This document shows, piece after piece, positions 1 through 11,800 of a stretch of 64,000 nt of DNA. Each line of letters begins with the position of its first letter. Positions within the stretch are counted from its first letter, which is position 1. The DNA is taken from contig CM082585.2 of NCBI GenBank assembly GCA_040954595.2, positions 7,031,808-7,095,807 of the forward strand. Direction: 5' to 3'. Position numbers and translations under genes: made by a program. Source of the DNA: Balanoglossus misakiensis. Its lineage: Eukaryota; Animalia; Hemichordata. The notes under the pieces are model-generated. The model did no database searches and was not told where the DNA came from. It saw only the letters and a list, made by a program, of their open reading frames with translations.

Positions 1-578
1 CCGAACGTACCCCAGTTGTACAGGGGCGGTGTGCTCTGGAGAACGGCGACGACCCACGTGAAGACGATGAGGTTGGTACACGTCGTCGGCGTCATGCGAC
101 TGTGATACGAAAGAGGATGAAGTATAGCCAGGTAACGGTCAATGGACACGATGACTATAGTATACACGGCGGCGAAGGAAAATATATGAGTGAAACAAGC
201 CACTGCTTGGCACCATGTCTCGGAGTATATCCATTCCGAGTATATGGCAGAGACTATAGCGAAGGGCATCACCAAAATCGACTGGAACAGATCGGCGACC
301 AACAGATTGCATACAAATTTGTTGGCGATGTTCATCAGTTTGGGGTTGCGGTACAGGACGATCAAAACAAGCGTGTTTCCGAAGAAAGATAGAAAAATCT
401 CAATAATGAGCAGAGTTACCTTCAGGGCGATTTCCACGTTCCCCGGGCAGAGACGACTGAAATTGCTGACTGTGCAGTCGACGGCGGCGTCAAAGTGAAA
501 CCCCGCCGCAATATCGCTTCCATTCGGTAGAATAGCCGTTCCGTTGTCGCTGAGGTTCGAGTGAGTCCCCGGCACCAT
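1..578 (-). CDS. GPR101: Class A (rhodopsin-like) orphan GPCR, GPR101-like; N-terminus to ECL2, truncated by the window edge
   Basis: Hand translation from ATG at 578 (context gcaagATGG): MVPGTHSNLSDNGTAILPNGSD...IFLSFFGNTLVLIVLYRNPKLMNIANKFVCNLLVADLFQSILVMPF...WCQAVACFTHIFSFAAVYTIVIVSIDRYLAILHPLSYHSRMT...FTWVVAVLQSTPPLYNWGTF. It has N-glycosylation sequons, TM1 GN, TM2 LxxxD, TM3 Cys, DRY and TM4 W. The HPLSY..MT and TW.VA.LQSTPPLY.WG stretches match vertebrate GPR101 as recalled; GPR161 is the closest paralogue. No intron in the visible part. Confidence 0.9.
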   Translation of the reverse strand, partial: MVPGTHSNLSDNGTAILPNGSDIAAGFHFDAAVDCTVSNFSRLCPGNVEIALKVTLLIIEIFLSFFGNTLVLIVLYRNPKLMNIANKFVCNLLVADLFQSILVMPFAIVSAIYSEWIYSETWCQAVACFTHIFSFAAVYTIVIVSIDRYLAILHPLSYHSRMTPTTCTNLIVFTWVVAVLQSTPPLYNWGTF

Positions 579-2034
579 CTTGCTTTGAAAATGCTGACGA
601 ACAATTTGCGGGCGGTTTTCACATCGAGAGCGGGCCTCCGCTGGAAAATCTCGGCTGTCTCGAGCAGATCGTGTATCGTGCGACGTTTCGGATGAATAAT
701 GATAGAGTCTCGCCACCAACTGACAATTACGGCGTGCTGCTCACGCGCCACTTGACCCCTATACCGTTAACTTTGACAAGCTCGCCACTAATCGCTGTAT
801 TTTAAAAACATCCGATTAGTAAAAAAAGCATTCAAATAAGAACACTGTTCAAATCCAGCAGTTCCAACGCCTCTGAAGTTATTTCGTGTCCTTTTGGCTC
901 GAAAAGGCGTCTCTGTATCGCTTGCACTCGCGTTGTCAGGCTAGGTAAGCAGCTAAAAATGATATTGGCCAAGTTAGAAGTTATATCCAAAACGATGCGC
1001 GTAATCTGCTCGTCAAACTCTCTTTTGATGGAACGACTCGCTTGAATACAACTGGAACCAACCTACCTCACCGCGTTGCATCCTGGGAAGTAAATCGGGA
1101 TTAAAGCGAAATAGTTATATTAATATTAATATTATAATTGGATACATCGGGCTGCTCGCTATGCTCGTCTTTCCGTCGGGTAGGCGCAACTTTTGTGAAA
1201 GGCATCCGAGATGCTGTTAAAAAAGCCGTCCGGTCCACGCTATTGCAGACGTATTGAAAAAATCTGTAAGGATTAAATAAATTCACCAAGTGAACAACTG
1301 CAAGCGATCTGTGGACTTTGCAGGCTTTTTCTGGGAGGGCGCTACGCAACTAAATGTTAGATATCGCCATTTCGCTGGCGAAATGTCTAGTATTTTTTTT
1401 TAAGAATTCGGTGTGGGTTGTCAAATTCACACACATGGCATGTATATACTTGGTGATACAATGTACCCACTCTCTCATCCTCGCTGGCCAAGCTGTGTTT
1501 ATTTTGGGCAAGGGGTTTTAAAGACCTTGCATTGGTCCAGATAGCGACCTTGCGATCGGATGATGTCAATGTTTGTGTATATATCATTCAAGCCGGTGTT
1601 TCTTGTTCATTTTTTTATACACAACACTCCCTTAGAGACGTGGAAAATAATAAGAAATGAGAATTGCGTTAGTTTACCGTAAAACCCGACCCCCAACTGC
1701 TGTCGGATGCAGTAGGTGGGTAATACAGTGAGTATCATTCGCCGCTTCTGGCTATTCCAATTAGTATTAATCCTCCTGGGGAAACGTGCCCTAATTTGAA
1801 CTCATTCAACATCGTTCTCTTATGTCAGCGCTCTATTTTTAAGGTCACTGTGTCCTGTCAGGACGAGGAGGCAGACTTGAGAGTCACGTCAGAAAACGGT
1901 GGTTTTGACAGAAGGAATTATACGAAGGTGTTCGTTCTTTTTTTAAGCCCGCGGGGGTTATTCGCGTGTCAATCTTATTGAGGTAAGCCGCGACATACTG
2001 ACTGGTGGATGAATGTTTAATAAAACAACACTAG

Positions 2035-2238
<204 letters not shown>

Positions 2239-2706
2239 AATGAAAAGATAATTGAAAGATGATTTGTGTATTATTGTATTTCTGGTTCATTACACATGGA
2301 AGCTCAAATTAGACGCAGAAATTAGATCGTCTATTCCCATGGAATCTCTTTGAAAGTTTATCGTTGAAAACAGACCCGCATTTCTTGCTGAAAAATAACC
2401 TGGGCTTGTAGCGAATAATGACGTTATTAACTGACATTAAATTGTAGAGTGGCAATCTCAGATTCGTCCTTGAAGTAATCGATTCCCGTTGGAAAATAAC
2501 TAGATTTGCCTTGATCCAGGGTACATTCGTAGTCAGTGTACATAAGTGTCTTGAGTCCGTAGATCATTAAACCTCGGCTTTAATACTGGGAACAGGCCAT
2601 GGACCGAAAAAGAATCGATTTTGACAACTTCACCAATATGCAAGCCACGCCCACCAAATATGAGTCAGTTTTCTCCACTCTATTCTTTGGTCGCACAGAC
2701 AGATTG

Positions 2707-2760
2707 TCTGTCTGTCTGTCTCTCTCTGTCTCTAGCTCTGTCTCTGTCTCTCTCTCCCTG
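2707..2760. repeat. TCTG/TC low-complexity microsatellite
   Basis: tctgtctgtctgtctctctctgtctct... visible. Confidence 0.85.
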
Positions 2761-5378
2761 TGTCAACACAGAGGGAGCTCATCACCGGATTACGTATGCG
2801 TCGCCATGCGTGCGGCTGTGAAACTGAGCATTGTCGGAATGACTAGCAACAACATCCTCTTAGTCAGTTTTAACTCAATAATATGACGTGCGTTTTCTGC
2901 GGATGAGTTGCGCTATAAATTGCATGAGTGTCGTCATATTTTTAATTCACTACAATTTTCAAACGTTCATCCGCTGTACCGTCAGTTGTTCAGGCCTTTT
3001 AAAAAGCAAGTTAACATTTCTTCTTAGAATGGAGGTCTCACAATGTAAATGTTCAGATTGAGCAATTCGTTATCTTCTCCATTCGCGACGGAGAATCTCT
3101 CTCGGATGTCAATGGTTTCAATGAACGCCTTTGCTGGAATCAGTGACAACAGAAAAGGCGCCTCAGTCAAACGTATGTGCACCAAAATAGAAATCCGGTC
3201 TTTTGATGCGACTCGGCTAATGAAAAAGAGCAAGAAGAGTTCCGCGTGTTACGTCACATACTGGATGTACGGTGAATGAATGAATACTCCGTTTTGACAA
3301 ATTTCTTTTATTATCAGGATGATAATCAAGTTTTAGTAGCTGGAATGGATTTTTTTGCTAAATAAGTCATTTGCATGACGTTTTCCCCCAAACTCACAAA
3401 TTTTAAAGTCTCTCAAGTTTATGAGTTTATTGCTGAGTTTATCACTGCTATGTTTCAGTCGTCTCAGAATTAACAGAGAGATTGGCGGCCATTTTGGATT
3501 TCAAATTTCAGACAATTTTGCTTTGTCATTCAAACTTCACCACAGTCACCCTTTGTTTTTACTCTGGATTTTAACAGAGAAGAAACTATGAAGTTGCCGT
3601 GAGCAGAATGCGTCATTGAGAAGGTCTTAATACTGATTTTACAGGTACATTCTCTGATCTGATTTCTAGTAATGGAAGCACTCACACGTACATGCGATTT
3701 CTTTAATCCCTGGGGAAAAACTCAGGGAATCTTTACATTTTGGGGGACCTGGAGGGACTTTGCATCCCCCTTGGCAAAGTAACATCCCGCAACTATAAAG
3801 ACGACAGTAATTATCGAGCCAGTAAAGCTCCTCGTCCTCTCTCCTCCATGCCGAGACAGTTCTTAATGACCGCGATAGCATCTGCACCCTGTGGCCAAAA
3901 AGCGGGATTTCTGCAATTATATAAGAATTGTTCAGTCGCGTTGCACACGCAACAACCCGTAACAAGCTGCACTTTCCCGTAGAGGATGTGTTCTGCGAGT
4001 TCTCTGGCTTGCCGACAGAGGGAAACCCGTGGTATTTTAATGGTTATGCGAGCTTTTCTTCAGTGAAAGCGCGGCAAACCACGAAGCAAACCTCAGACGG
4101 ACCCTCTAGGAGATTAAAGTCTATTTTAGCGCAACACGCGTCTCTCCGCCAAAGCAACAAAAATAGGTGCCATCGGTATGCCTTATGTAAGAAGACAGTG
4201 GCTATATCACATTCTCATCTTAGACAAATTATTTTCAACATAAATCCCAAACGATTAGATTTCCGGTAGCGTAGCGGAAATATGACGCATAAATGTTTGA
4301 TAAATATCGAAACATACCACATACCTTTCTTGAGGAATGCATTTTCGTCAGGTCACTGTTGACAAGGTTCAACCTGCTCGTAAAATCAACAGAGTCAGAG
4401 ATCAGACGATGCTAAAATAAACCCCGTACAATTATTCAAACCGAGGAGGGTACTAAATTTTAATATCTCTTTCAGTAGAATCGCAAAATAATATTGTCAT
4501 CCATGACAGAGCGGAAAATACTTGACTGCAATATTTTTAATGCGACCTAAAACCTTTACACCCCCAGTTCTCTCTATAGAGGTCCAACTCTACCATAGCA
4601 TGCATAGAAAACAGTGGATTTGGAACAAACCATATGGTGCTTATAGGAAAGTCATGGCCACCTTTTGTGAAGTTAACGTGATTTCGATTTTTGTGTTTTT
4701 TATTTCAGAATGATCTGAGTGATAAATGGTAACTATCAGCCGAAGATTATGTTAAGGTAAGATTTTATTTAAAAAGTTCATTTATCATATGATGGTAAAA
4801 TGGTATTCCGTCTTGCAAAAGTATTTAAATCAGGAGATGTGATTATTCGACGATTTGTGTATTCCCACTTGAAGACTAACTAAGACACGAAAGAGAGGCG
4901 GTGAACAGATGACAGCGGTTACCGGGACAACCAAGACCCAAGGGCGCAACACGCTCGAAAATAGCCCCTTCCTAGATTTTTCTCCGGAAATGACGTCTTT
5001 TTGGGAGTGATTTGCTGTGACGCCAATGTCCACCAGCCTTCAAGACTATATACACTGCACTGAAAACTAGATACATGTATATGAATATGTTTGCATGTGA
5101 AACGAAAATAACTAGATTAAGGACCCAGTGGGGCGGCATCGTTATTCGGTTTTCTTTCGCAAAAGATCCGTCTAATTTTACTCTCGCTCCGCAGAGACCT
5201 ATTAATGCGGTAAACGCGGGGCAAATCCATGGGCAAAGTCTGTTTTGAAAGTAATCGAAATTTCGATTTTTGAGAGCGGCGATATTCAAGAGCAGTCAGC
5301 TTATAGTGTCCCAAGAAAATCGATAATTGCATTTTTCACAGTGGAATAAAAAAATCTTTGAAATGAGTTAGGCCTCTC

Positions 5379-5379
5379 G

Positions 5380-5411
<32 letters not shown>

Positions 5412-5425
5412 GATGATGATGATGA
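5379..5425. repeat. (GAT)n microsatellite
   Basis: About 15 GAT units with one GGT interruption. Confidence 0.95.
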
Positions 5426-5792
5426 AAGTACATTTGGCAAATATGGGGAATACGCAGATATGCAGTTGAAGGTAGACGTACTTGTACTAAAGTCACTTCT
5501 GTGGATTCTAATGTCTCGGATGGTTGTAATCACGGTTCCAAGGCTGGAATCCCAGCCATTGATATACACCGTGGCATCTGCACATACTTATTAAAGTGTA
5601 TAGAAATCGTTCTGCGTGTTCCGCGTCTCTTTCAGACACGCGTTTGACGAGATTAAAAAAAAGTCGCATGTGACCTCCCCGACAAAGCCAGTCGTGAGAA
5701 TACCATTCTCCGCCACCTCGGGTCGGTGTACTTTGATGTTTTGATCAAGGCAGACACCGGGGAATTTTCAGCTATGGCTGGCAATACCGCGT

Positions 5793-5806
5793 CTGCCATC
5801 TGTTGG
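5793..5806 (-). promoter_or_regulatory. CTCF-like motif between the two divergent genes
   Basis: Minus strand reads CCAACAGATGGCAG, close to the CTCF core CCASYAGRKGGCR. Confidence 0.4.
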
Positions 5807-7599
5807 AAACGCTTAATCTGCCTGTGTTTTCATCTTGCTTTCATCGGATCGCTTTAATCATCCCCGTGTATGTAATTACACCTGTCCAGCCCGGGATAGA
5901 CAGTAAATAACCCCAGTTTTATGGTAAACACTCGTTGATTGAATGCGCCGCAACCCGCGCAGCAGCAGACAGCCTCATAGAGGGGGGGGGGGGAGGGTAG
6001 TCCTTTGATACACTCTATCCTTGTCGAAGTGGTTTAATTTAGAATTTCAGGCAAAGGTTTCAACTAAACTAGGACTTGTTTTAGCTTTCTTTTTTGTGGT
6101 ATAATGTGTAATATTTCAAATTGTATATGTACTATTTATTGATTTTTTTATTCGAGTTCTATTGGCGGCTGTATTCCCTGCAAAATTTCAAACGACCTTC
6201 GTTTTTCTTTCTTTCCGCATAATGAAAGTTTAATTCGCATAATTTGGCAGACGAACGATCTATCTGTCTGACATCATGGCGACGGTGCACCAGACGAGAT
6301 CACTGGAAGCAGTACTTTCAGAGTGGATAGAATAATTATTATAGCTTAATAAATTGTCTTGGGTGGCCCCATCTACAAAACATATCCGTTGAACCTTTCG
6401 CGCACCTACACATTAATTGCAATTACACCATTCCTCAAAGATGTCTTCTGTGATGTACTTTGCTCCAGCGGCAGTGCTGGATAAGAAATTTTTTTTGCGT
6501 TCGATCATTTAAAAAAAATAACACCCCACGAATTCCCCCTTGCGTAAATGACTAGGCGTGTGTAGCTGAAGCCGGTTTCGCTACGTTGAACGTTGAGGGC
6601 GCATATTCAATAAGAGGATAAGTCTGCGGCAGCGAGAGGGTTTAGGTAAAGGGTCTGCGAGAGGGAGTAGAGCACGTCCAGAATTTCAAGCAAAGAAGCC
6701 TTCTTATGTGAATACGCAAGACAAGAAATGTGACGCCTTTGGGCTTTGGTGGCGTGGTTCTTCCATCATTGATTTCTTTAATTATATCAACAGAAGACTG
6801 TGACCAAAAGTAGACATACTGGAAACAAACATATCATTTTCGAGTCGCAAAGTCCATCACTATACTCTGCCTCTTTCCAACAAAATACTCCAAACTAACG
6901 ATGTACTATGGTGTTTGTCATATATCAACATTTAATGTTGTTTTGACAGCGTGAAGTTACCTACTTTACATCCTTATGATTTTGCAGGTACACTGTCATC
7001 CGGGAATCCGAACGCGTTGTCAATTCTGGGCCACCTACATCCCCTGTGCGGAAAAAAAGTTACGGCTGAAGATGCCCAACTTGCGTGTACTAAGTATGAC
7101 GGAAGGAGATTTCCTTTTGTCTCTAGTCTTTGCAATGCGTTTTTTGTTTTGACAATCACATGTAATAACGGGGGGAATCTGGTAATAAACGCGGTTGTGT
7201 TCGGAGGTACAATGTACGCAGTACGCTGTTGGGGCAGAACCGACAACCACCGCATACCGAATACTATATTTCTATGTATTTATGTCTGTATCATGTGTAT
7301 GGTCGAAGTTTAGTATAGGTTACACCTTCTGAAAAACAGTTAAACCATGAAAAATGTGTGTCTGGGAAGCTGCAGCTGAGGAGAGAGGATGGGTCGATAC
7401 TGTTTTTATATGTCCGTCGGTGATGGCGCGCTCAAGTTTCTCACGTTACTTAAAACTGAAACAAAAACAGAAACTAAAGCAAATTGAAAACGGAGTTAAT
7501 TTATAAAACAATGCAAAGAGAAATTGCAAGTAAAAGTTAAAGTTGAAATCAAAGTTAAAGTATACATAGTCACATGTAACTGACTCCCGTTATGATGCG

Positions 7600-8063
7600 G
7601 AAAGTTATCTGATTGGGTGGTAATCGGTCGCTGGTCTGTTAGTGATTTTATTGACAGACTGACCGCAAATTTAGTTTTAAGCTGTCACGTCGGCAGAACA
7701 CATGGACCCCGGCCTGACAATACCAATAAAATGCACTACACACAGCTCTCACGAACACAGAAAGTTCTTCTCCCGAGCCGTGAACTAAGGTGGCTTCCCC
7801 AGTTCCCCTGTTGCTTGGACGAGCGCCCCCACCCAGTGATCTTCCACTTCCGGCAACATTCTGTCGTTTGCACACAAATCGTCGGCCGTGTCCACTGTCC
7901 TGATATTTGCGTGGGAAGACAACCGATCGTGTGCTTCACGTCGTTCAGCGAGAGGACTGCAATTTGTGCGTTTTTCAAGGTTTAGACTGAACAGGCGGAA
8001 TCATGTAGAAGTATTTTCGGCGCTGGGAACAAACGTAGATTTTCTAGGAAGCATTTTAGACAG
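7600..8063 (+). promoter_or_regulatory. CpG-rich promoter and probable non-coding first exon of the IQ-motif gene
   Basis: CpG-rich region of about 7.6-8.7 kb; inverted CCAAT (GATTGG, ~7611); ETS/GABP-type CACTTCCGG (7845-7853); perfect donor CAG|GTAAGT at 8063/8064. The TSS cannot be determined. Confidence 0.6.
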
Positions 8064-8515
8064 GTAAGTGATGTGACCTCACCGAAAATCTAACACGAAC
8101 CACCCCCGTATTTTGACGGACAAGTGGAGGTAGCCAAGTTTTGGGTAATTTTCACCTTTTTGCGTCGGCTGTCACACCCTATTATTTTGTAAATGAACCG
8201 ATGAAAGAGTTTATTTGCATAATTTCAGCGAGGTCATGTTCATAGCCGCGGTTGTCATGGTTGTTGCGTCGGGGGCTGCGGGGTCCAACGATTTGTAAAC
8301 CGTGGTGTATGCTACGCCACGGTCTACCTGCGTGGCAATGCTGTCTGTCTACGTCTGGAGCGTAAGCAGCCTAAACGCTCTGCTTTGACGTGTGCCTGTC
8401 ACCTGTCCCATTCATAAAATGGGTAAATGTGTAATTACGGCAGTCGTGACGGTGACTGAATGCGTAAAAATTGACTGTCGGCCAGCGATCGCAGCTCAGC
8501 TGTGCGTGTGTTGAC

Positions 8516-8558
8516 ATCGACACGTCCACTGAAATCGACACGTCCACTGAAATCGACA
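8516..8558. repeat. 18-bp tandem duplication ATCGACACGTCCACTGAA x2.4
   Basis: Exact copies at 8516-8533 and 8534-8551, plus a partial third copy. Confidence 0.95.
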
Positions 8559-8799
8559 ACATCCCATCCGCGAAGTAGGGCCAGCATTGTGCGCCCATTA
8601 CAATAGAATCAATCGGTGTGTTGTTATTCGACATCGGTCACACGGAACGATCTCATGTCAACAAGCGAGGAAGTGATTCCCAGAAACGGGAATATGTTAT
8701 GAGGCAATGATAGGTACATTCAGCTACACTTGGACCAGAGTTAATAATTGGCATCAATAAAGTGTTGTTATTAAAGGTACAGTCGTTTACCTCCCCCAA

Positions 8800-8819
8800 A
8801 ACAACAACAACAACAACAA
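8800..8819. repeat. (AAC)n microsatellite
   Basis: Directly visible. Confidence 0.9.
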
Positions 8820-11800
8820 AACGACACTTCACTTGTAGAGTAGCTAAATGGGAGATTAGATGTTCGGCGTATGTACAAAATATTAAACTGCTATATCTAT
8901 ATAGACAATAAAAAAATCACCAGTTTACGACCAAATTTTTACATGTATTAATTCTTATTCTCAACATGCATGCTCATTGGCCAGCCACTTTGTGTGGTGG
9001 GACCCGTACACACACCAACCCTCTGAGTCAAACAGCATTTCAGTGGACAGTCCCTGGACACTGTTTCCCCGTGTATGCAAATGTTTGAGTTAATTAACCT
9101 ATTATTATATTAAGCTTGAGAGGTTGAGAGGTTTAGTGTTTTCTGTCATGTTAATTAATCCTCCAGAATCGGAATGTTGGCTGTGATGCAGATTATGTCA
9201 ATGACCAGCTCAGTGAATAAAACCATCTTAGAACCAGCGAGGAAGATTTGCATTAGTATAACTAATTTGTATGTTGTGCTAAACTAAAACTGTCCATTTT
9301 CTCACATAGAGAAATAATTTATGTGTTTACTGTGCTAGCTAATGAGACCTTTTTACAGTGGCAAATACCCAAAGGGGTAGACATATATCAAGATATGTTG
9401 ACGAAGGCGAAACTGCTGAGTTGATTATGTAAAATTATGTAAAAGTATAGACATTTATGCATATTCAATATAAGTAGCCTTAAATGACCTGAGACAAGAA
9501 AAATAGATTCACAACTCAATATTTTCGTCAAACATATATTAGTTTTACCAAATGTTGAGCACTGTTCGTGTCAAAATCAGAAGACGTATCATTTCGGTAC
9601 TTTAAATAAGGGACATTTACACATCAATCATATTGCTGTGATGCATTACTTGGTAATGACAGCTAATTTTCATTGATTGATCAGCAGGAAGGTTTTTTTT
9701 CTTCTGCTGACTGAATCATAAAATTTTGATCAGAATTCATTATAAACATGTTTTATGATCATGTGAAGGATACATGTATTTAAAAAGTTAAACTGGTACT
9801 TGTTTGTTCTTAGTCTTGGACTTATGTTTGGCAAAGTCAGTGAAAGACATGAAGACTTATTCATGTGAACTGCAGCTTCAATTCCGTTTTCATTATAAAC
9901 ACCCATTTGATGCCATAGATAGAACAGACATACATGTACATATACATGTGCTACTTGTATGTTGCTGAGTGATAGAGAATGTTTCCGAGAATCCCACACA
10001 TAACAAGCCCACTCAGGAAAAAAAAGTGACGCACACTGCAGCAGTATTACGTAAATTGACCTGTGTCCTGTCAAAAACGTGATGAACTTGTGTGCCTGGC
10101 TTGATTGTCAAATAATTCATATAGTTAGTGCGTTTATGCAATTTGCCATATTTATTAGTACTGCAAGATTTTAATTTGTCTAATATTTCGTAAGTGCGGT
10201 GTGTACATTTATTTTGTAGTTAACCTTTCCCCTCTGTTTCCTAGTGTGTGGGTCCAACATAGCATTGAAGTCAATAGGAGGCGTAGCAAACAGTCACATT
10301 ATAATAGGGTATAATGCAGCCAATTGCTTTCATATAAAGTTGTGGTTCAAAAATTCTGACACTGAACCGGGAACCATCCAAGTGTGTAATCGTGAACTGG
10401 CAAATGGCAGTAACTGTTCATGATATAAATTAAATCTGACAAAGACGTCATGATTGATGGCGTTTGTCTCAAAATGAGTCATTTTAGAGAAAAAAGATAT
10501 CTCCCGAGGGATGATGAACCAAGTAGAATTCAGGGAATATTGATGAGCATTATAATATGGATAGCTGGTTGAATTATACAATTAGTGTCTGTATCAGTCA
10601 CCGCTCTTATACTGCGTGAGTAAGGGGGAGGGGGCTGACTCATCATAAATAAAAGTGATCTGTTTCCCTAACAAATTTTGAAAATTTTCTGTGATATTTC
10701 AATTGCTTTCTGTACTATCAGATGGCAATATCATCTCGTTTTGAAATATGCAGAGACCCGAGTAAAAATAGACATGTGGTCCTGAAATAGCCGATAATAG
10801 ATTAATACAACATGGTGTGAAATCATGTGACTTCTGGGTTGGTTGCTGTTATATTTTGCTCATCACTTATTTAAGTTTAGGAATGGTTCAAAACCAAGTT
10901 TGCCAATCTCCCTAGTCCCTATGGTCAGCTGAAGAGCAATAATTACGCGATGAAAAAATGCTTTCATACTGTATACATCATTGCATGTGTCCAAGTGGGT
11001 GAAAGTAGTCGTATACGGGAAAAACAGTTGTAGAAATCGCAAAGTCAAATGTCAGCAATATCGTAGAAGTGGGAAATGAATTAATATTCAAAGATCCAAG
11101 CCCAGTCAGCATCTTACCGTCAAAGTTACATGTAAAAAACTGACAGTGTCAGTGTCAGGGTAATCTCCTTTACGCTACTTCATACATGATTACATGATTC
11201 AGCGGCGTCAGTGGCCTCAATTGACGTGAGGCAGACGATGGCAGTCACATTCATGAATAATTTCTAAGTCGTAGTACTTTTCAGTACATACTATAACCAC
11301 TGTAATGACTCTGGCTGAAATTGTACAACTTCGATCGAAGGTACGTCTATAGAAGAAAATATTGACAAAAGACACGAGGCGAAATATATTGTACGTCTGA
11401 TTTATATGCACATTTGTATATGAATACATCACCTCACTTCACATACATTTGCATTGACAAATTGTGTTAATTTCCATCACTCTGGAGGAAATTAACCTGT
11501 AAAAAGCTTCTATTTAGCAAATGTTTCTCATAACCCTATGGTATTTTTGCAACATGATGTCAGGTAGCAAAGGTAGCCTCACTTTTGATGTACATGTAAT
11601 TATATTTTTTAACATCGATTCTCACGGTGTGTTTGTTTGTCATTGACATGATAAAAGGCCGGGTTCGATCTACCAAATACAACAAAAATACTGACAAAAC
11701 ACTATGTTACAGTCGCTACATGTATCACTTTACAAAATAACATCAGCTCCATATAAAATTCTAACCATACTATTTTCAGATTTCTGTATGGTTATTTGGG

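Noticed and set aside
102-751. ORFs 102..392 (+), 190..498 (+) and 422..751 (-)
   Set aside because: These are antisense or off-frame shadows of the GPR101-like CDS.
641-1072. Possible GPR101 5'UTR intron (minus-strand acceptor ttttccag at ~641-648; donor candidates near 1062-1072)
   Set aside because: Plausible, but the pyrimidine tract is short and several donors compete; it cannot be supported without transcript data.
3380-3660. Repeat-like segment with GGCGGCCATTTT (related motifs at ~16807 and ~55830)
   Set aside because: Probably old interspersed repeats or YY1-like motifs, but boundaries and TIRs cannot be established from this window.
8516-8558. Short direct repeats (also 19940-20145 and 21868-22010) as a CRISPR-like array
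   Set aside because: They are head-to-tail or irregular duplications without unique constant-length spacers, in a eukaryotic context with no cas genes.
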